Shown here piece by piece: positions 19,422-29,107 of a DNA stretch of 64,000 nt; position 1 is the first letter of the stretch, and each line of letters begins with the position of its first letter. The notes beneath the pieces were generated by a model. That model worked only from the letters and a program-made list of their open reading frames with translations. It made no database searches and had not been told where the DNA came from. This DNA is from Anaeroplasmataceae bacterium (GTDB lineage: Bacteria; Bacillota_I; Bacilli_A; Acholeplasmatales; Anaeroplasmataceae). The translations under genes were made by a program, and so were the position numbers. Location: assembly GCA_029067355.1 (NCBI GenBank), contig JAIEEQ010000011.1:2208-66207 (forward strand). The letters run 5' to 3'.

Positions 19422-20060
19422 ATGAAGGTTTTATTAGTCAATGGTAGCCCCCACAAAGAGGGGTGCACTTATACAGCACTTAAAGAGATTGCAGATACTT
19501 TAGAATCCTGTGGAATTGAAACAGAAATCTTTTGGATTGGCAATCATAACTTTGGTGGATGTATCGCCTGCAAAAGTTGTGTAAAGACAGGGCAATGCGT
19601 ATACAAGGATTCAGTGAATGAGTGTCGAAAAAAAGCGTATGAGGCAGATGGATTTATATTTGGAACGCCTGTTCATTATGCGGCAGCAAGTGGTTCAATG
19701 ACCTCCTTTATGGACAGATTGTTTTATAGTGAATTATGTGGAAATGGGAATAAGGCATTTTATCTTAAGCCTACCGCAGCAGTAATGTCTGCTCGGCGTG
19801 CAGGAACAACTGCAACTTTTGATCAGATGAACAAGTATTTTACGATTCAGGAAATGCCAATCGTATCCTCTCGGTATTGGAATATGGTACATGGTACAAA
19901 TCCAGAAGAGGTTAGAAAGGATGCAGAAGGTATGCAGACAATGCGTATCTTGGCGAGAAATATGGCTTATATGCTAAAGTGTAGGGAAGTGGCTGAAAAA
20001 GCAGGAATATCTGCACCTAAACGTGAGCCAAGCGTGTTCACAAACTTTATAAGAGAGTAA
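19422..20060 (+). CDS. NADPH-dependent FMN reductase / iron-sulfur flavoprotein-like
   Basis: MKVLLVNGSPHKEGCTY N-terminus and a Cys cluster (GGCIACKSCVKTGQC) typical of this family. Confidence 0.75.
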   Translation: MKVLLVNGSPHKEGCTYTALKEIADTLESCGIETEIFWIGNHNFGGCIACKSCVKTGQCVYKDSVNECRKKAYEADGFIFGTPVHYAAASGSMTSFMDRLFYSELCGNGNKAFYLKPTAAVMSARRAGTTATFDQMNKYFTIQEMPIVSSRYWNMVHGTNPEEVRKDAEGMQTMRILARNMAYMLKCREVAEKAGISAPKREPSVFTNFIRE

Positions 20061-20066
20061 AATCTT

Positions 20067-20942
20067 ATGAAAAAAATAATAATAGGTATTATTGTCGTTT
20101 GCGTATCAATTATATCATCGTTTACGCTTTTCAGTTGTCATAGCAAAGACAATACGAACGTGGGTGGTAGCAACGCTGGTCAGATGGGAAACGAAGGAAA
20201 TATGATAGATAGCTCTGTTGTTACGATGGGGACGGAAACCTATCGCGGGTTTCTTGTGGATAACGTTTATCACTCCAAAAATAATGGTGATATTCATTTT
20301 CATATTTATGTTCCCAAAAGTTACGACGGAAACAAGCCTTATGCACTTTACGTTTCGTTGTGCGGATATGGTGGATACTACTTTCAAGGCGTTGGCATAA
20401 ATCTACGTCAAGAAAACTTTGTATTTGAAGCGCAAAAATATAATTTAGAAATGATTATCGTTGCACCACAACTAAATGATTGGGGGAATATATCTGCTAA
20501 TCAAACGATAGCATTGACTGAATATTTAATAAGTGCATATAACATTGAGAAATCAAAAGTGTATATGAACGGCTATTCAGGTGGTGGAGAAACATTGTCA
20601 CTTGTTATGGCAAAGAAGCCTGAATTGTTTTCAGCTGTTTTACACGTCAGTTCTATTTGGAATGGAGAAGTTCAACCACTTGCAAACAATAAAGTACCGG
20701 TTTATTTTGTGATAGGAGAGCGTGACGAGTATTACGGATCAACACGCATCAGCAGAACGTATGAAACGCTTTGCGGACTTTATAGGGCGCAAGGGCTGAG
20801 CGACGAACAAATAAACAATTTGGCGGTGTTGGACGTAAAGCCGCAGAGTTACTTTACAGAACGTGGTGCAAAAAGTCAACATGGCGGTGGAGGTTTGTTT
20901 GCTTTTGATGAGAATATTATGGATTGGCTATTCAATAGGTAA
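20067..20942 (+). CDS. Alpha/beta-hydrolase esterase lipoprotein
   Basis: LFSC lipobox and a GYSGGG nucleophile elbow (GxSxG). Visibly higher G+C than neighbouring genes. Confidence 0.65.
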   Translation: MKKIIIGIIVVCVSIISSFTLFSCHSKDNTNVGGSNAGQMGNEGNMIDSSVVTMGTETYRGFLVDNVYHSKNNGDIHFHIYVPKSYDGNKPYALYVSLCGYGGYYFQGVGINLRQENFVFEAQKYNLEMIIVAPQLNDWGNISANQTIALTEYLISAYNIEKSKVYMNGYSGGGETLSLVMAKKPELFSAVLHVSSIWNGEVQPLANNKVPVYFVIGERDEYYGSTRISRTYETLCGLYRAQGLSDEQINNLAVLDVKPQSYFTERGAKSQHGGGGLFAFDENIMDWLFNR

Positions 20943-20957
20943 AATGAAGGAGACGCA

Positions 20958-22832
20958 ATGATGAAAAAATTTATAGTTTTTGTTTTGGCAGTCATATTAT
21001 CTTTTTGCACATTGACTGCTTGTACAAGTGGAATTATGGATGAAGGAAATAATGAGGTTGTTACGCCTATTCCCAATATGATTTCAGAGATTCCGAAAGC
21101 CTTTTATTCAATTGCAAATGAACAAGGTACGCTTGTTGAATTGTGGTATAATACATATGAATCATTTTCTTATGGAACCACAAATTTGCCCCTATCTAAA
21201 CGGGCAATTGTTTATTTGCCTTTTGGATATTCTGATGGAATTAAATATAATGTTATGTATATGATGCATGGTGGCTGGAGCAATGAAGCAGGGCTTTTGG
21301 GAACCCCTGAAAGTCCAACGAATTTTAAGAATGTTATTGATAATGCGATAGAAAATGGTATTTTTGCACCACTCATTATTGTATGTCCAACATATAACAA
21401 TACCAATGCAAATGGACAGGATAGTGATAATTATAGTCTAGCCTTGCAACTTACACATAATTACCACAATGAGCTTGTGAACGATTTAATTCCAGCAGTA
21501 GAGGGCAGATATTCCTCTTATGCTCAAAGTACGAATACAATGGACTTGATTGCTTCCCGCGACCATCGTTCGTTTATGGGATTTTCTATGGGTAGCGTTA
21601 CTACTTGGCGTACTTTTGAATATTGTCTTGATTATTTCCGTTATTTTTTCCCTTCAAGTGGTTCAATCACGTCTAGTGGAAGTTATATGGAAAATATTGT
21701 TAAGAAGTCAGGTTATACAGCAAACGATTTTTTCATTTATGCAATGTCAGGTACAAACGATTTTGCTTATTCAGGATTTACTGCACAAATAAATGCTATG
21801 CTTGCAACTGATACTTTTATAAAAGCAGATAACAAAAAAGATGGCAATCTTGCCTACAACGTCAAAGAGGGATATTCTCATAATGGTATGGCACAAATAG
21901 AATATTTTTATAACGCACTTTCTTGGGTATGGAAAGGAAAAAACGAGGTGGCACAATCAGACTATACAGCAGAAACAAAAATTACTGATGTGATAAACGA
22001 TCCTGTATTTGGAAATTGGGGAAGAATGATATTCCCTGTAAATAGTGGATACTATGGTGGCACAACGCTTGGCAATCTATCACTTACTTGGTATCAAAAT
22101 ATCAATGTCAACCACACAGTAGAAATTTGTAATTATTTTAAGAATCAAACGCTAGAAGGGAATCAGGTGTTTTATGATATTTATACAGAGGGGGAAAAGA
22201 TGGCTGATCCACACAAAGCGGACACAGGCTTGTTCTTTTTCAGAGGTGAGAAAAATGCACCCTTTGCTGTAACCTGTGCAGGTGGAGGCTGGGCCTATGT
22301 TGGGGCTATGCATGATAGTTTTCCTCATGCCTTAGAATTAAGCAAGAGAGGCTATAATGCTTTTGCAATCATCTATCGTCCAGGAGCCCAGACAGCTTAT
22401 GAGGATTTAGCTCGTGCCATATCCTTTATTTTTATGAATGCTAAAGCATTGGGTGTAGATACAAATGGATATTCTGTTTGGGGTGGTAGTGCAGGTGGAA
22501 GAATGACAGCAACGATTGCCTCCTATGGAGTAGAAGCATTTGGAGGAAATTCTTTAATACCTAAGCCAAGTACAGCTGTGATTCAGTACACAGGCCATAC
22601 AGATTATAATCCTATGGGCGAAGTGCCTACCTTTGTAACGGTTGGCGAAAATGATGGAATCGCTAATTATCAAACGATGAAAAGAAGAATAGATATTTTA
22701 AATGCTATGGGAGTTCCTACGGAGTATCATGCTTATAGGGGCTTAGGACATGGATTTGGTTTGGGTGTTGGTACAATTGCAGAAGGATGGCTAGATTTAG
22801 CAGTAGAATTTTGGATGAATCACAAGAGTTAA
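20958..22832 (+). CDS. Two-domain esterase lipoprotein (esterase-family N-domain plus alpha/beta-hydrolase C-domain)
   Basis: LTAC lipobox and two nucleophile elbows, GFSMGS and GGSAGG, plus a C-terminal HGFG motif. Confidence 0.7.
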   Translation: MMKKFIVFVLAVILSFCTLTACTSGIMDEGNNEVVTPIPNMISEIPKAFYSIANEQGTLVELWYNTYESFSYGTTNLPLSKRAIVYLPFGYSDGIKYNVMYMMHGGWSNEAGLLGTPESPTNFKNVIDNAIENGIFAPLIIVCPTYNNTNANGQDSDNYSLALQLTHNYHNELVNDLIPAVEGRYSSYAQSTNTMDLIASRDHRSFMGFSMGSVTTWRTFEYCLDYFRYFFPSSGSITSSGSYMENIVKKSGYTANDFFIYAMSGTNDFAYSGFTAQINAMLATDTFIKADNKKDGNLAYNVKEGYSHNGMAQIEYFYNALSWVWKGKNEVAQSDYTAETKITDVINDPVFGNWGRMIFPVNSGYYGGTTLGNLSLTWYQNINVNHTVEICNYFKNQTLEGNQVFYDIYTEGEKMADPHKADTGLFFFRGEKNAPFAVTCAGGGWAYVGAMHDSFPHALELSKRGYNAFAIIYRPGAQTAYEDLARAISFIFMNAKALGVDTNGYSVWGGSAGGRMTATIASYGVEAFGGNSLIPKPSTAVIQYTGHTDYNPMGEVPTFVTVGENDGIANYQTMKRRIDILNAMGVPTEYHAYRGLGHGFGLGVGTIAEGWLDLAVEFWMNHKS

Positions 22833-22963
22833 TTTCATAAGCGTGAAGATAGGGGGGCGCAGCTTTATACTGAATATTGTTTTATAAATACAATCGTTTG
22901 TCACTTTTGTGTAATTTAAAATAAAACGAAATTGAAGGAAATAAAAATTTAGAGCATATTTCG

Positions 22964-22992
22964 TTGAATTTTTACTATGAATTCGGTATAAT
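22964..22992 (+). promoter_or_regulatory. Sigma-A-type promoter for the M16 peptidase gene
   Basis: TTGAAT, 17 nt, TATAAT. Confidence 0.5.
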
Positions 22993-23024
22993 ATTAAATA
23001 ATTATGAGAAGAAAGGAAAAGTTT

Positions 23025-25910
23025 ATGAAAAATTATACAAAAGTAACTAGTAAGTTTATTGAAGATATTCAATCTGAAGTAACCATTTATAAGCATAATA
23101 AAACGGGTGCACGTATTTGTACCATTGCAAATGATGATTCAAATAAGGTATTTTCTATTGCGTTTAGAACGCCACCTATGAATAATGGAGGCTTAACCCA
23201 TATTCTTGAACACTCTGTTTTATGTGGTTCAAAAAATTATCCAGTAAAGGATCCGTTTGTAGAATTATTGAAAAGCTCTTTAAATACATTTTTAAATGCA
23301 TTTACATTCCCTGATAAAACGATGTATCCTTGTGCAAGCCAAAATGATAAGGATTTTAAAAATCTGATGAGCGTTTATATGGATGCTGTTTTTTATCCAC
23401 AAATTTATGCTCATGAGGAAATCTTTATGCAGGAGGGATGGCATTATCATATCTTAGATGAAAATGAGCCAGTTCAATATAATGGTGTTGTTTATAATGA
23501 AATGAAGGGAGCCTTCTCTGATCCTCAGCAAATTTTATTTAGAAATTTAATGCATTCCTTGTATCCTGATACGGCTTATGGCTTTGAATCTGGCGGAGAT
23601 CCAGCATATATTCCAGATTTAACCTATGAAGAGTTTAAAGAATTCCACTCTAAATATTATCATCCAAGCAATTCTTATATTTTCTTATATGGAAATTGTG
23701 ATATGGAAGAGAGAATGGCATGGTTAGATGAAGCCTATTTAAAGGATTTTGATCATATTGATTTTGATACAACTATAAAGTATCAAAAGCCATTTGCAAA
23801 ACCAATATCTCAAACAGGATATTATCCAATGGCTAAGGAAGCACCGTTAGATAATAAGAGCTTCCTGTCCTATAATGTAGCTTTTCCTACAACACTAGAT
23901 CCAAAGCTTATGATTGCAACATCTACATTAGTTGATGTTCTATTGAATAATCCAGGAGCTCCTTTAAAACAAGCGTTAATTGATGCAAACCTAGGCGCAG
24001 ATGTTATGGCTGCCTTTGATGATGGACTATTACAGCCTATTTTAGGAATCATTGTAGTGAATGCAGATGAGAAAAGAGAGCAGGAATTTATTGAGCTAGT
24101 AGATTCAACATTAAGGGATTTATTATCAAAGGGGTTAGACCATGAGGCTTTAAAATCCTTAATCAATTATCAGGAATTTAAGGTTCGTGAGGGCAAATTT
24201 GGACGTATGCCAAAGGGCTTAGAAATTGAAATGAATTGTTTAAGCTCATGGCTTTATGATGAAGATCAGCCATTCTCTAAGCTAGAGAATTTAAAATATT
24301 ATCAGGAATTAAGAGAGGATATTGAAAAAGGATATTTTGAAAAGATTATTGAAGACCATATTTTAAATAACCCTCATAAGAGCTTTACAAAGCTTTGTCC
24401 TTCTCATACCTGTGCAGAAGAAAAAGAGGCAGCATTGACTGAAAAATTAGCTAATTTTAAGGCTTCTCTATCTAAGGATGAGATTACAGCCTTAATTGAA
24501 AAGAATAAGGCATTAGCTGTATATCAGTCTACACCATCAACGGCAGAGGAAATTGCAACGCTTCCTAAGCTTGAATTAGAGGATTTAAATCCAAAGCCTG
24601 AAAAGCTAAACTGTGAAAAGATTAGCGGAACATTTGATACACTTTATTCTGATTATTTCACCAATGGAATTGATTATATGAATTATTCCTTTGATTTAAC
24701 AGGAATAGATGCAAAGGATTTACAATATGTAAAGCTTCTTTGTGATCTATTTATGAATTTATCTACGTCAGATAAATCCTATTTTGAAATTAATCAGTGG
24801 GTACAAAATTACACAGGCGGTATCACATTTGCAGTTTCTCCTTATAAAACGGTAAAGCGTGAAACAAGAGTTAATCTGGGAGTTTCCTTTAGTGCTTTAG
24901 AAAAGAATGTTGGCTTGGTAACGGATTTAATTCACGAAATTATTTTTAAGACAAATTTTAAGGATTTCAAGAGATTATATGAAAGAATGAATGAGCTAAA
25001 TGCTGGTCTTGAGATGAGTGTTGCAAATCGTGGACATGTTGTTAGTTTGATTCGCGCATCTTCTTATTTTGATGAAGCAAGCTATCTAAACGATTCAATT
25101 AGTGGTATTGGCTATATTGATTTCATTCATGATCTCTTTGTTAATTTTGAAGCAAAGAAGGAAGAGCTTGCTGGTACGTTAGAATCTTTGGTAAGCAAGC
25201 TATTTAATCAGCAGAAGTTCATTTTACGATTTACAGGTAAGAAGGAAGCTTTAGATGCAGCTATGCCTGTTGTAGAAAACTTCTATAATAAATTAGAAAA
25301 TAAGGCTTACCGCTTTAGTTCTGTTTATGAGCCTAAGCTTTTAAATGAGGGTATTAAGACTCAATTTGATGTCAACTTTGTGGCAAGAGCAGGTAGCTAT
25401 AATGCACCTTTCCATGGAGCGATGTATGTACTAAATAATGCATTAAGCTTAGACTATTTGTGGATGCAGGTTCGTGTTCATGGTGGTGCTTATGGTTGTA
25501 TGCTAAACACTCAGGAAACTGGTGGTATTGGATTTACCTCTTACCGTGATCCTGAAATTGCAAGAACAAAGCAGGTGTATGAGGATGTTGTTTCTTATAT
25601 TGAAAATCTAAATCCAAGTGAGGAGGATTTATTAAAGTATAAGATTGGTGCTATTGGTGGTTTAGATACAGTGCTACATGCTAGTGATAAGGGAGCAAAG
25701 GCTCAAAGTGATTATATGGCTGGAAATTCTTATGAAATTCAATCTAGAATTCGTAAGGAAGCTATAAACGCAACATCAAAGGACTTAGTAAATTTAGCTC
25801 CATTATTTAAAGAAGCCTTATCTACTGATTGTCTATGTGTTATAGGTAATGCGAATAAAGTTGATGCAAATAAGGCTTTATTTAAGGAAGTAAGAAATTT
25901 AACAAAATAA
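23025..25910 (+). CDS. Insulinase-family (M16C, PreP-like) zinc metallopeptidase
   Basis: HILEH inverted zinc motif and about 960 aa with the M16C architecture. AAAGGAAAAG RBS before the ATG at 23025. Confidence 0.85.
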   Translation: MKNYTKVTSKFIEDIQSEVTIYKHNKTGARICTIANDDSNKVFSIAFRTPPMNNGGLTHILEHSVLCGSKNYPVKDPFVELLKSSLNTFLNAFTFPDKTMYPCASQNDKDFKNLMSVYMDAVFYPQIYAHEEIFMQEGWHYHILDENEPVQYNGVVYNEMKGAFSDPQQILFRNLMHSLYPDTAYGFESGGDPAYIPDLTYEEFKEFHSKYYHPSNSYIFLYGNCDMEERMAWLDEAYLKDFDHIDFDTTIKYQKPFAKPISQTGYYPMAKEAPLDNKSFLSYNVAFPTTLDPKLMIATSTLVDVLLNNPGAPLKQALIDANLGADVMAAFDDGLLQPILGIIVVNADEKREQEFIELVDSTLRDLLSKGLDHEALKSLINYQEFKVREGKFGRMPKGLEIEMNCLSSWLYDEDQPFSKLENLKYYQELREDIEKGYFEKIIEDHILNNPHKSFTKLCPSHTCAEEKEAALTEKLANFKASLSKDEITALIEKNKALAVYQSTPSTAEEIATLPKLELEDLNPKPEKLNCEKISGTFDTLYSDYFTNGIDYMNYSFDLTGIDAKDLQYVKLLCDLFMNLSTSDKSYFEINQWVQNYTGGITFAVSPYKTVKRETRVNLGVSFSALEKNVGLVTDLIHEIIFKTNFKDFKRLYERMNELNAGLEMSVANRGHVVSLIRASSYFDEASYLNDSISGIGYIDFIHDLFVNFEAKKEELAGTLESLVSKLFNQQKFILRFTGKKEALDAAMPVVENFYNKLENKAYRFSSVYEPKLLNEGIKTQFDVNFVARAGSYNAPFHGAMYVLNNALSLDYLWMQVRVHGGAYGCMLNTQETGGIGFTSYRDPEIARTKQVYEDVVSYIENLNPSEEDLLKYKIGAIGGLDTVLHASDKGAKAQSDYMAGNSYEIQSRIRKEAINATSKDLVNLAPLFKEALSTDCLCVIGNANKVDANKALFKEVRNLTK

Positions 25911-25928
25911 TTCTAATATGAAATGATT

Positions 25929-25960
25929 AAGTTGTCCTTGTAATGGGGCAACTTTTTGGT
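25929..25960 (+). terminator. Intrinsic terminator
   Basis: AAGTTGTCC / GGGCAACTT 9-bp stem (one G.U pair) followed by TTTTTGGTTTTT. Confidence 0.6.
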
Positions 25961-26097
25961 TTTTAAAAAACCCAGCTATGCTAGTGAATAATTTCTTTGG
26001 TTTTTCCCACTATTACCTAGTATCATTTTTCTTGCATTATCGTCAAAAAATGATAAAATAATAATTAACATAATTGTAAATTGGCAAGGGGAAGAGC

Positions 26098-26415
26098 GTG
26101 GGAGATAATTTAATTGTAGGATTTAATGGCGAAGTACAGCGCGGTTATGGAGAAACCTTATTATATGGATTAGGATATGAAAGATTTTATGATGATTCAT
26201 TGGATACTAGCAAAAATAATTACAAGGATTCCTGTGTAATGTCAGGAATTATTACGACTTTCTATACAACAGGAATTGTTGAAAATACTCAAATGTATAA
26301 ATTAACTTCAAATGAATATCAAAAATGGTGGGGAAACCAAAATTTATGGACTGCAAATGTTACAGCTTATGTTATGTGTAATATAAGAGAAGAAGTTCTT
26401 TACGGATTAAAATGA
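26098..26415 (+). CDS. Hypothetical small protein
   Basis: GTG-start ORF 20 nt upstream of the ABC gene. Aromatic/Gly-rich with no signal peptide. Coding status uncertain. Confidence 0.3.
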   Translation: MGDNLIVGFNGEVQRGYGETLLYGLGYERFYDDSLDTSKNNYKDSCVMSGIITTFYTTGIVENTQMYKLTSNEYQKWWGNQNLWTANVTAYVMCNIREEVLYGLK

Positions 26416-26434
26416 AATTGGGAGATGATTTGAA

Positions 26435-28507
26435 ATGATACAAGTAACTAATGTATCTAAAACGTATCAAACAAAAAGCGGGATTGCGGTTGAGGCTTTG
26501 AAAGATGTATCTTTGCAATTTAAAAATAAAGGATTATATTTTATATTGGGAAAGTCTGGCTCTGGGAAAACGACTCTATTAAATTTGATTTCTGGATTAG
26601 ATAAACCAACAACTGGAACAATCTCAGTTTATGGAAGTCCAATAAAGGATATAGATGCTTTTCGGAATTCTTTTGTTGGTATTGTATTTCAAGAAAATAA
26701 TTTATTATATGAATTTAATGTAAAAGGAAATGTAGAATTAGCTTCTAAACTTCAAGGATTAAAAAGCACAAAAGAAGACATATTATCTGTGCTAGAGCAA
26801 GTAGAAATTAAAGAGCTAGTGGATCGAAACATAGATGAGCTTTCAGGGGGCCAAAAGCAAAGAGTTGCCATAGCACGAGCAATTCATAAAAAATCAAAGC
26901 TTCTTATAGCAGATGAGCCAACAGGATCATTAGATTCAACTACTGCAAAATCAATCTTTTCTTGTTTAAAAAAATTATCAGAGAAGCAATTAGTTATTGT
27001 GGTTACGCATGAGGAAGAATTTGCATATGCCTATGGGGATGAAGTTATTTTATTAGAGGATGGTTCTGTAAAGAAAGTAGAATCACTTTGTGCAATTTCT
27101 GAAATTAAATCTCAAGAAGAAGGTACCAAAAGAAGATATATTCCAGTTATTAGTTCTTTGAAAATTGGTTTAATGAGTATGAAAACAAAATTGACGAGAT
27201 GTTTTTTGATTATACTTCTTTCTGTATTTTCTTTTACGTGCTTTGGAGTTGCCTTGGCAACAGGAACCTACAATAAAACGAATACCATTCTTAATGAATT
27301 AAAGAAAAATGACTATATTGATCCTTTTGCCATACAAACAAGAAGGAAAAAAGATTCCTCAATTTTTCAAGCCTACATTTATCCAAAGGAGTTAGAAAAA
27401 ATCAATCAGGATTTAGATCTAAATTTGAGAGGGGTAGTGGAAGGATATGAAACCAAAAGTAATTTTTATAATCGAGATATCCTGAACAAAGGCTCAGGTC
27501 AGGAATATTGGGATGCCTTATCTCTGTCAACATTAAATGGTTATATTACAAATGCAGACGAATTAGGATTTACTATCAAGGGAAGATATCCTGTAAGCAA
27601 AAATGAAATTGTGATTCCCTATTATTTCTATCAAAGCTTTAAAAAATATGGATACTCGTATAAGGATATTACAATCCTTCCAGAGGATATTACAGAAGAT
27701 GTGCTAATAGGAAAAACCCTTATTCTAGATCGAGGGATTTATGAAGTGGAAAAACTACACTTTACGATAGTAGGAATATTAGATACAGAGCTATTTTTAG
27801 ATGGATATGAGGATTTATTCCAGTATAATTATTTCAAAGAGGATTTAGAAAGAAAAAAATCAAGGATAGAAACAATACAAATTTGTAGTCTTCATTCAGT
27901 CGGGTACATAACAGAAGAGGCTGTAAAGGAATATTTTATTGAAGAAAATGGATATGAGTATCTTTTAGACAAAATGCCAAATGAAGCAAAAATAAAACAG
28001 ACAATATTTTATTTGGATAATTTTGGAAATGATAGCAATATATATGAGCTCTTTAATTCAACGCTTGTTTGGATAGATGATATAGATTTTTGGATGAATA
28101 CATGTAAATATATAGGAAGTATTTTTGGTGTGATTTTAGCTTTATTTTCAGGAATTCTTTTATTTTCCTTTATTAATATTTTAATGAAGCAAAAGGAAAA
28201 GGAAATGGGAATATTTAGAGCCTTGGGAGCTAGAAGTAGAGATGTATTTTTTGTGTTTTTTGGAGACGGTATTTTTATAGGGCTTATTAGTTTCTTGTTT
28301 TCATTGATTGGTACTTTTATTGCATTATTCTTTTTGAATCAAGAATTTCAGAAGTCCTTTCAAATTGATTTTTCCTTATATTCTTTTAGCTTTTTACATG
28401 CTCTTTATATGTTCCTTTTGATATTTGCTGTAATTTTTATAGCAACTGCTTATCCCATTTTAAGATATACAAAAAGGCCTTTAGTAGAACTATTAAAAAG
28501 AAATTAG
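26435..28507 (+). CDS. ABC transporter, fused ATPase plus FtsX/MacB-type permease
   Basis: Walker A GKSGSGKTT, LSGGQKQR signature and Walker B LLIADEPT, then a large extracytoplasmic loop and C-terminal FtsX-like TM helices. Confidence 0.8.
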   Translation: MIQVTNVSKTYQTKSGIAVEALKDVSLQFKNKGLYFILGKSGSGKTTLLNLISGLDKPTTGTISVYGSPIKDIDAFRNSFVGIVFQENNLLYEFNVKGNVELASKLQGLKSTKEDILSVLEQVEIKELVDRNIDELSGGQKQRVAIARAIHKKSKLLIADEPTGSLDSTTAKSIFSCLKKLSEKQLVIVVTHEEEFAYAYGDEVILLEDGSVKKVESLCAISEIKSQEEGTKRRYIPVISSLKIGLMSMKTKLTRCFLIILLSVFSFTCFGVALATGTYNKTNTILNELKKNDYIDPFAIQTRRKKDSSIFQAYIYPKELEKINQDLDLNLRGVVEGYETKSNFYNRDILNKGSGQEYWDALSLSTLNGYITNADELGFTIKGRYPVSKNEIVIPYYFYQSFKKYGYSYKDITILPEDITEDVLIGKTLILDRGIYEVEKLHFTIVGILDTELFLDGYEDLFQYNYFKEDLERKKSRIETIQICSLHSVGYITEEAVKEYFIEENGYEYLLDKMPNEAKIKQTIFYLDNFGNDSNIYELFNSTLVWIDDIDFWMNTCKYIGSIFGVILALFSGILLFSFINILMKQKEKEMGIFRALGARSRDVFFVFFGDGIFIGLISFLFSLIGTFIALFFLNQEFQKSFQIDFSLYSFSFLHALYMFLLIFAVIFIATAYPILRYTKRPLVELLKRN

Positions 28508-28525
28508 TGATGAAAGGAGTACCTT

Positions 28526-29029
28526 ATGCTATACTACAAGAAAATTGATTCCATTGTAGGAGAAATTACAATAGTTTGTGATGATGAAAATTTAATTGCT
28601 GTATGGATTGAGGGACAAAGTGACGAGGAAAACTACAATTTGACTCAGCTTATTCAAAAGGAAGCATCCATTATTAGTCAAACTGAAAGCTGGCTAAAAA
28701 GATACTTTAATCTAGAAAGACCCCAAATCTCTGAGCTACCTATAAAATTTATGGGAACTCCCTTTCAGCTGATGGTATGGGAGGAGCTTTGTAAAATACC
28801 TTATGGAGAAGTGACAACCTATAAAGCAATTGCCCTGCAAATAGCGAAGAAAATGAATAAGGCTAAGATGTCTGCTCAGGCAGTAGGACAAGCTGTTGGA
28901 AGAAATCCGATTTCTATTATTGTTCCTTGTCATCGTGTCATTGGATCAAATGGAGCTATGATTGGATATAATGGCGGTATATCTATAAAAGAGAAGCTAT
29001 TAAGACTAGAAAAAGAGAACCTCAAATGA
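28526..29029 (+). CDS. ogt: Methylated-DNA--protein-cysteine methyltransferase
   Basis: PCHRVIG active-site motif and a TYKAIA helix. Confidence 0.85.
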   Translation: MLYYKKIDSIVGEITIVCDDENLIAVWIEGQSDEENYNLTQLIQKEASIISQTESWLKRYFNLERPQISELPIKFMGTPFQLMVWEELCKIPYGEVTTYKAIALQIAKKMNKAKMSAQAVGQAVGRNPISIIVPCHRVIGSNGAMIGYNGGISIKEKLLRLEKENLK

Positions 29030-29040
29030 GGTTTTTTTCT
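29018..29040 (+). terminator. Intrinsic terminator overlapping the ogt stop
   Basis: AACCTCA-AA-TGAGGTT followed by a T-run. Confidence 0.6.
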
Positions 29041-29107
29041 TTTTTAAAATTTCGATTAGATTCGCATCTAAAGTATGGTAAAGTATGAAATCAAAGGAAG
29101 GATGCAT

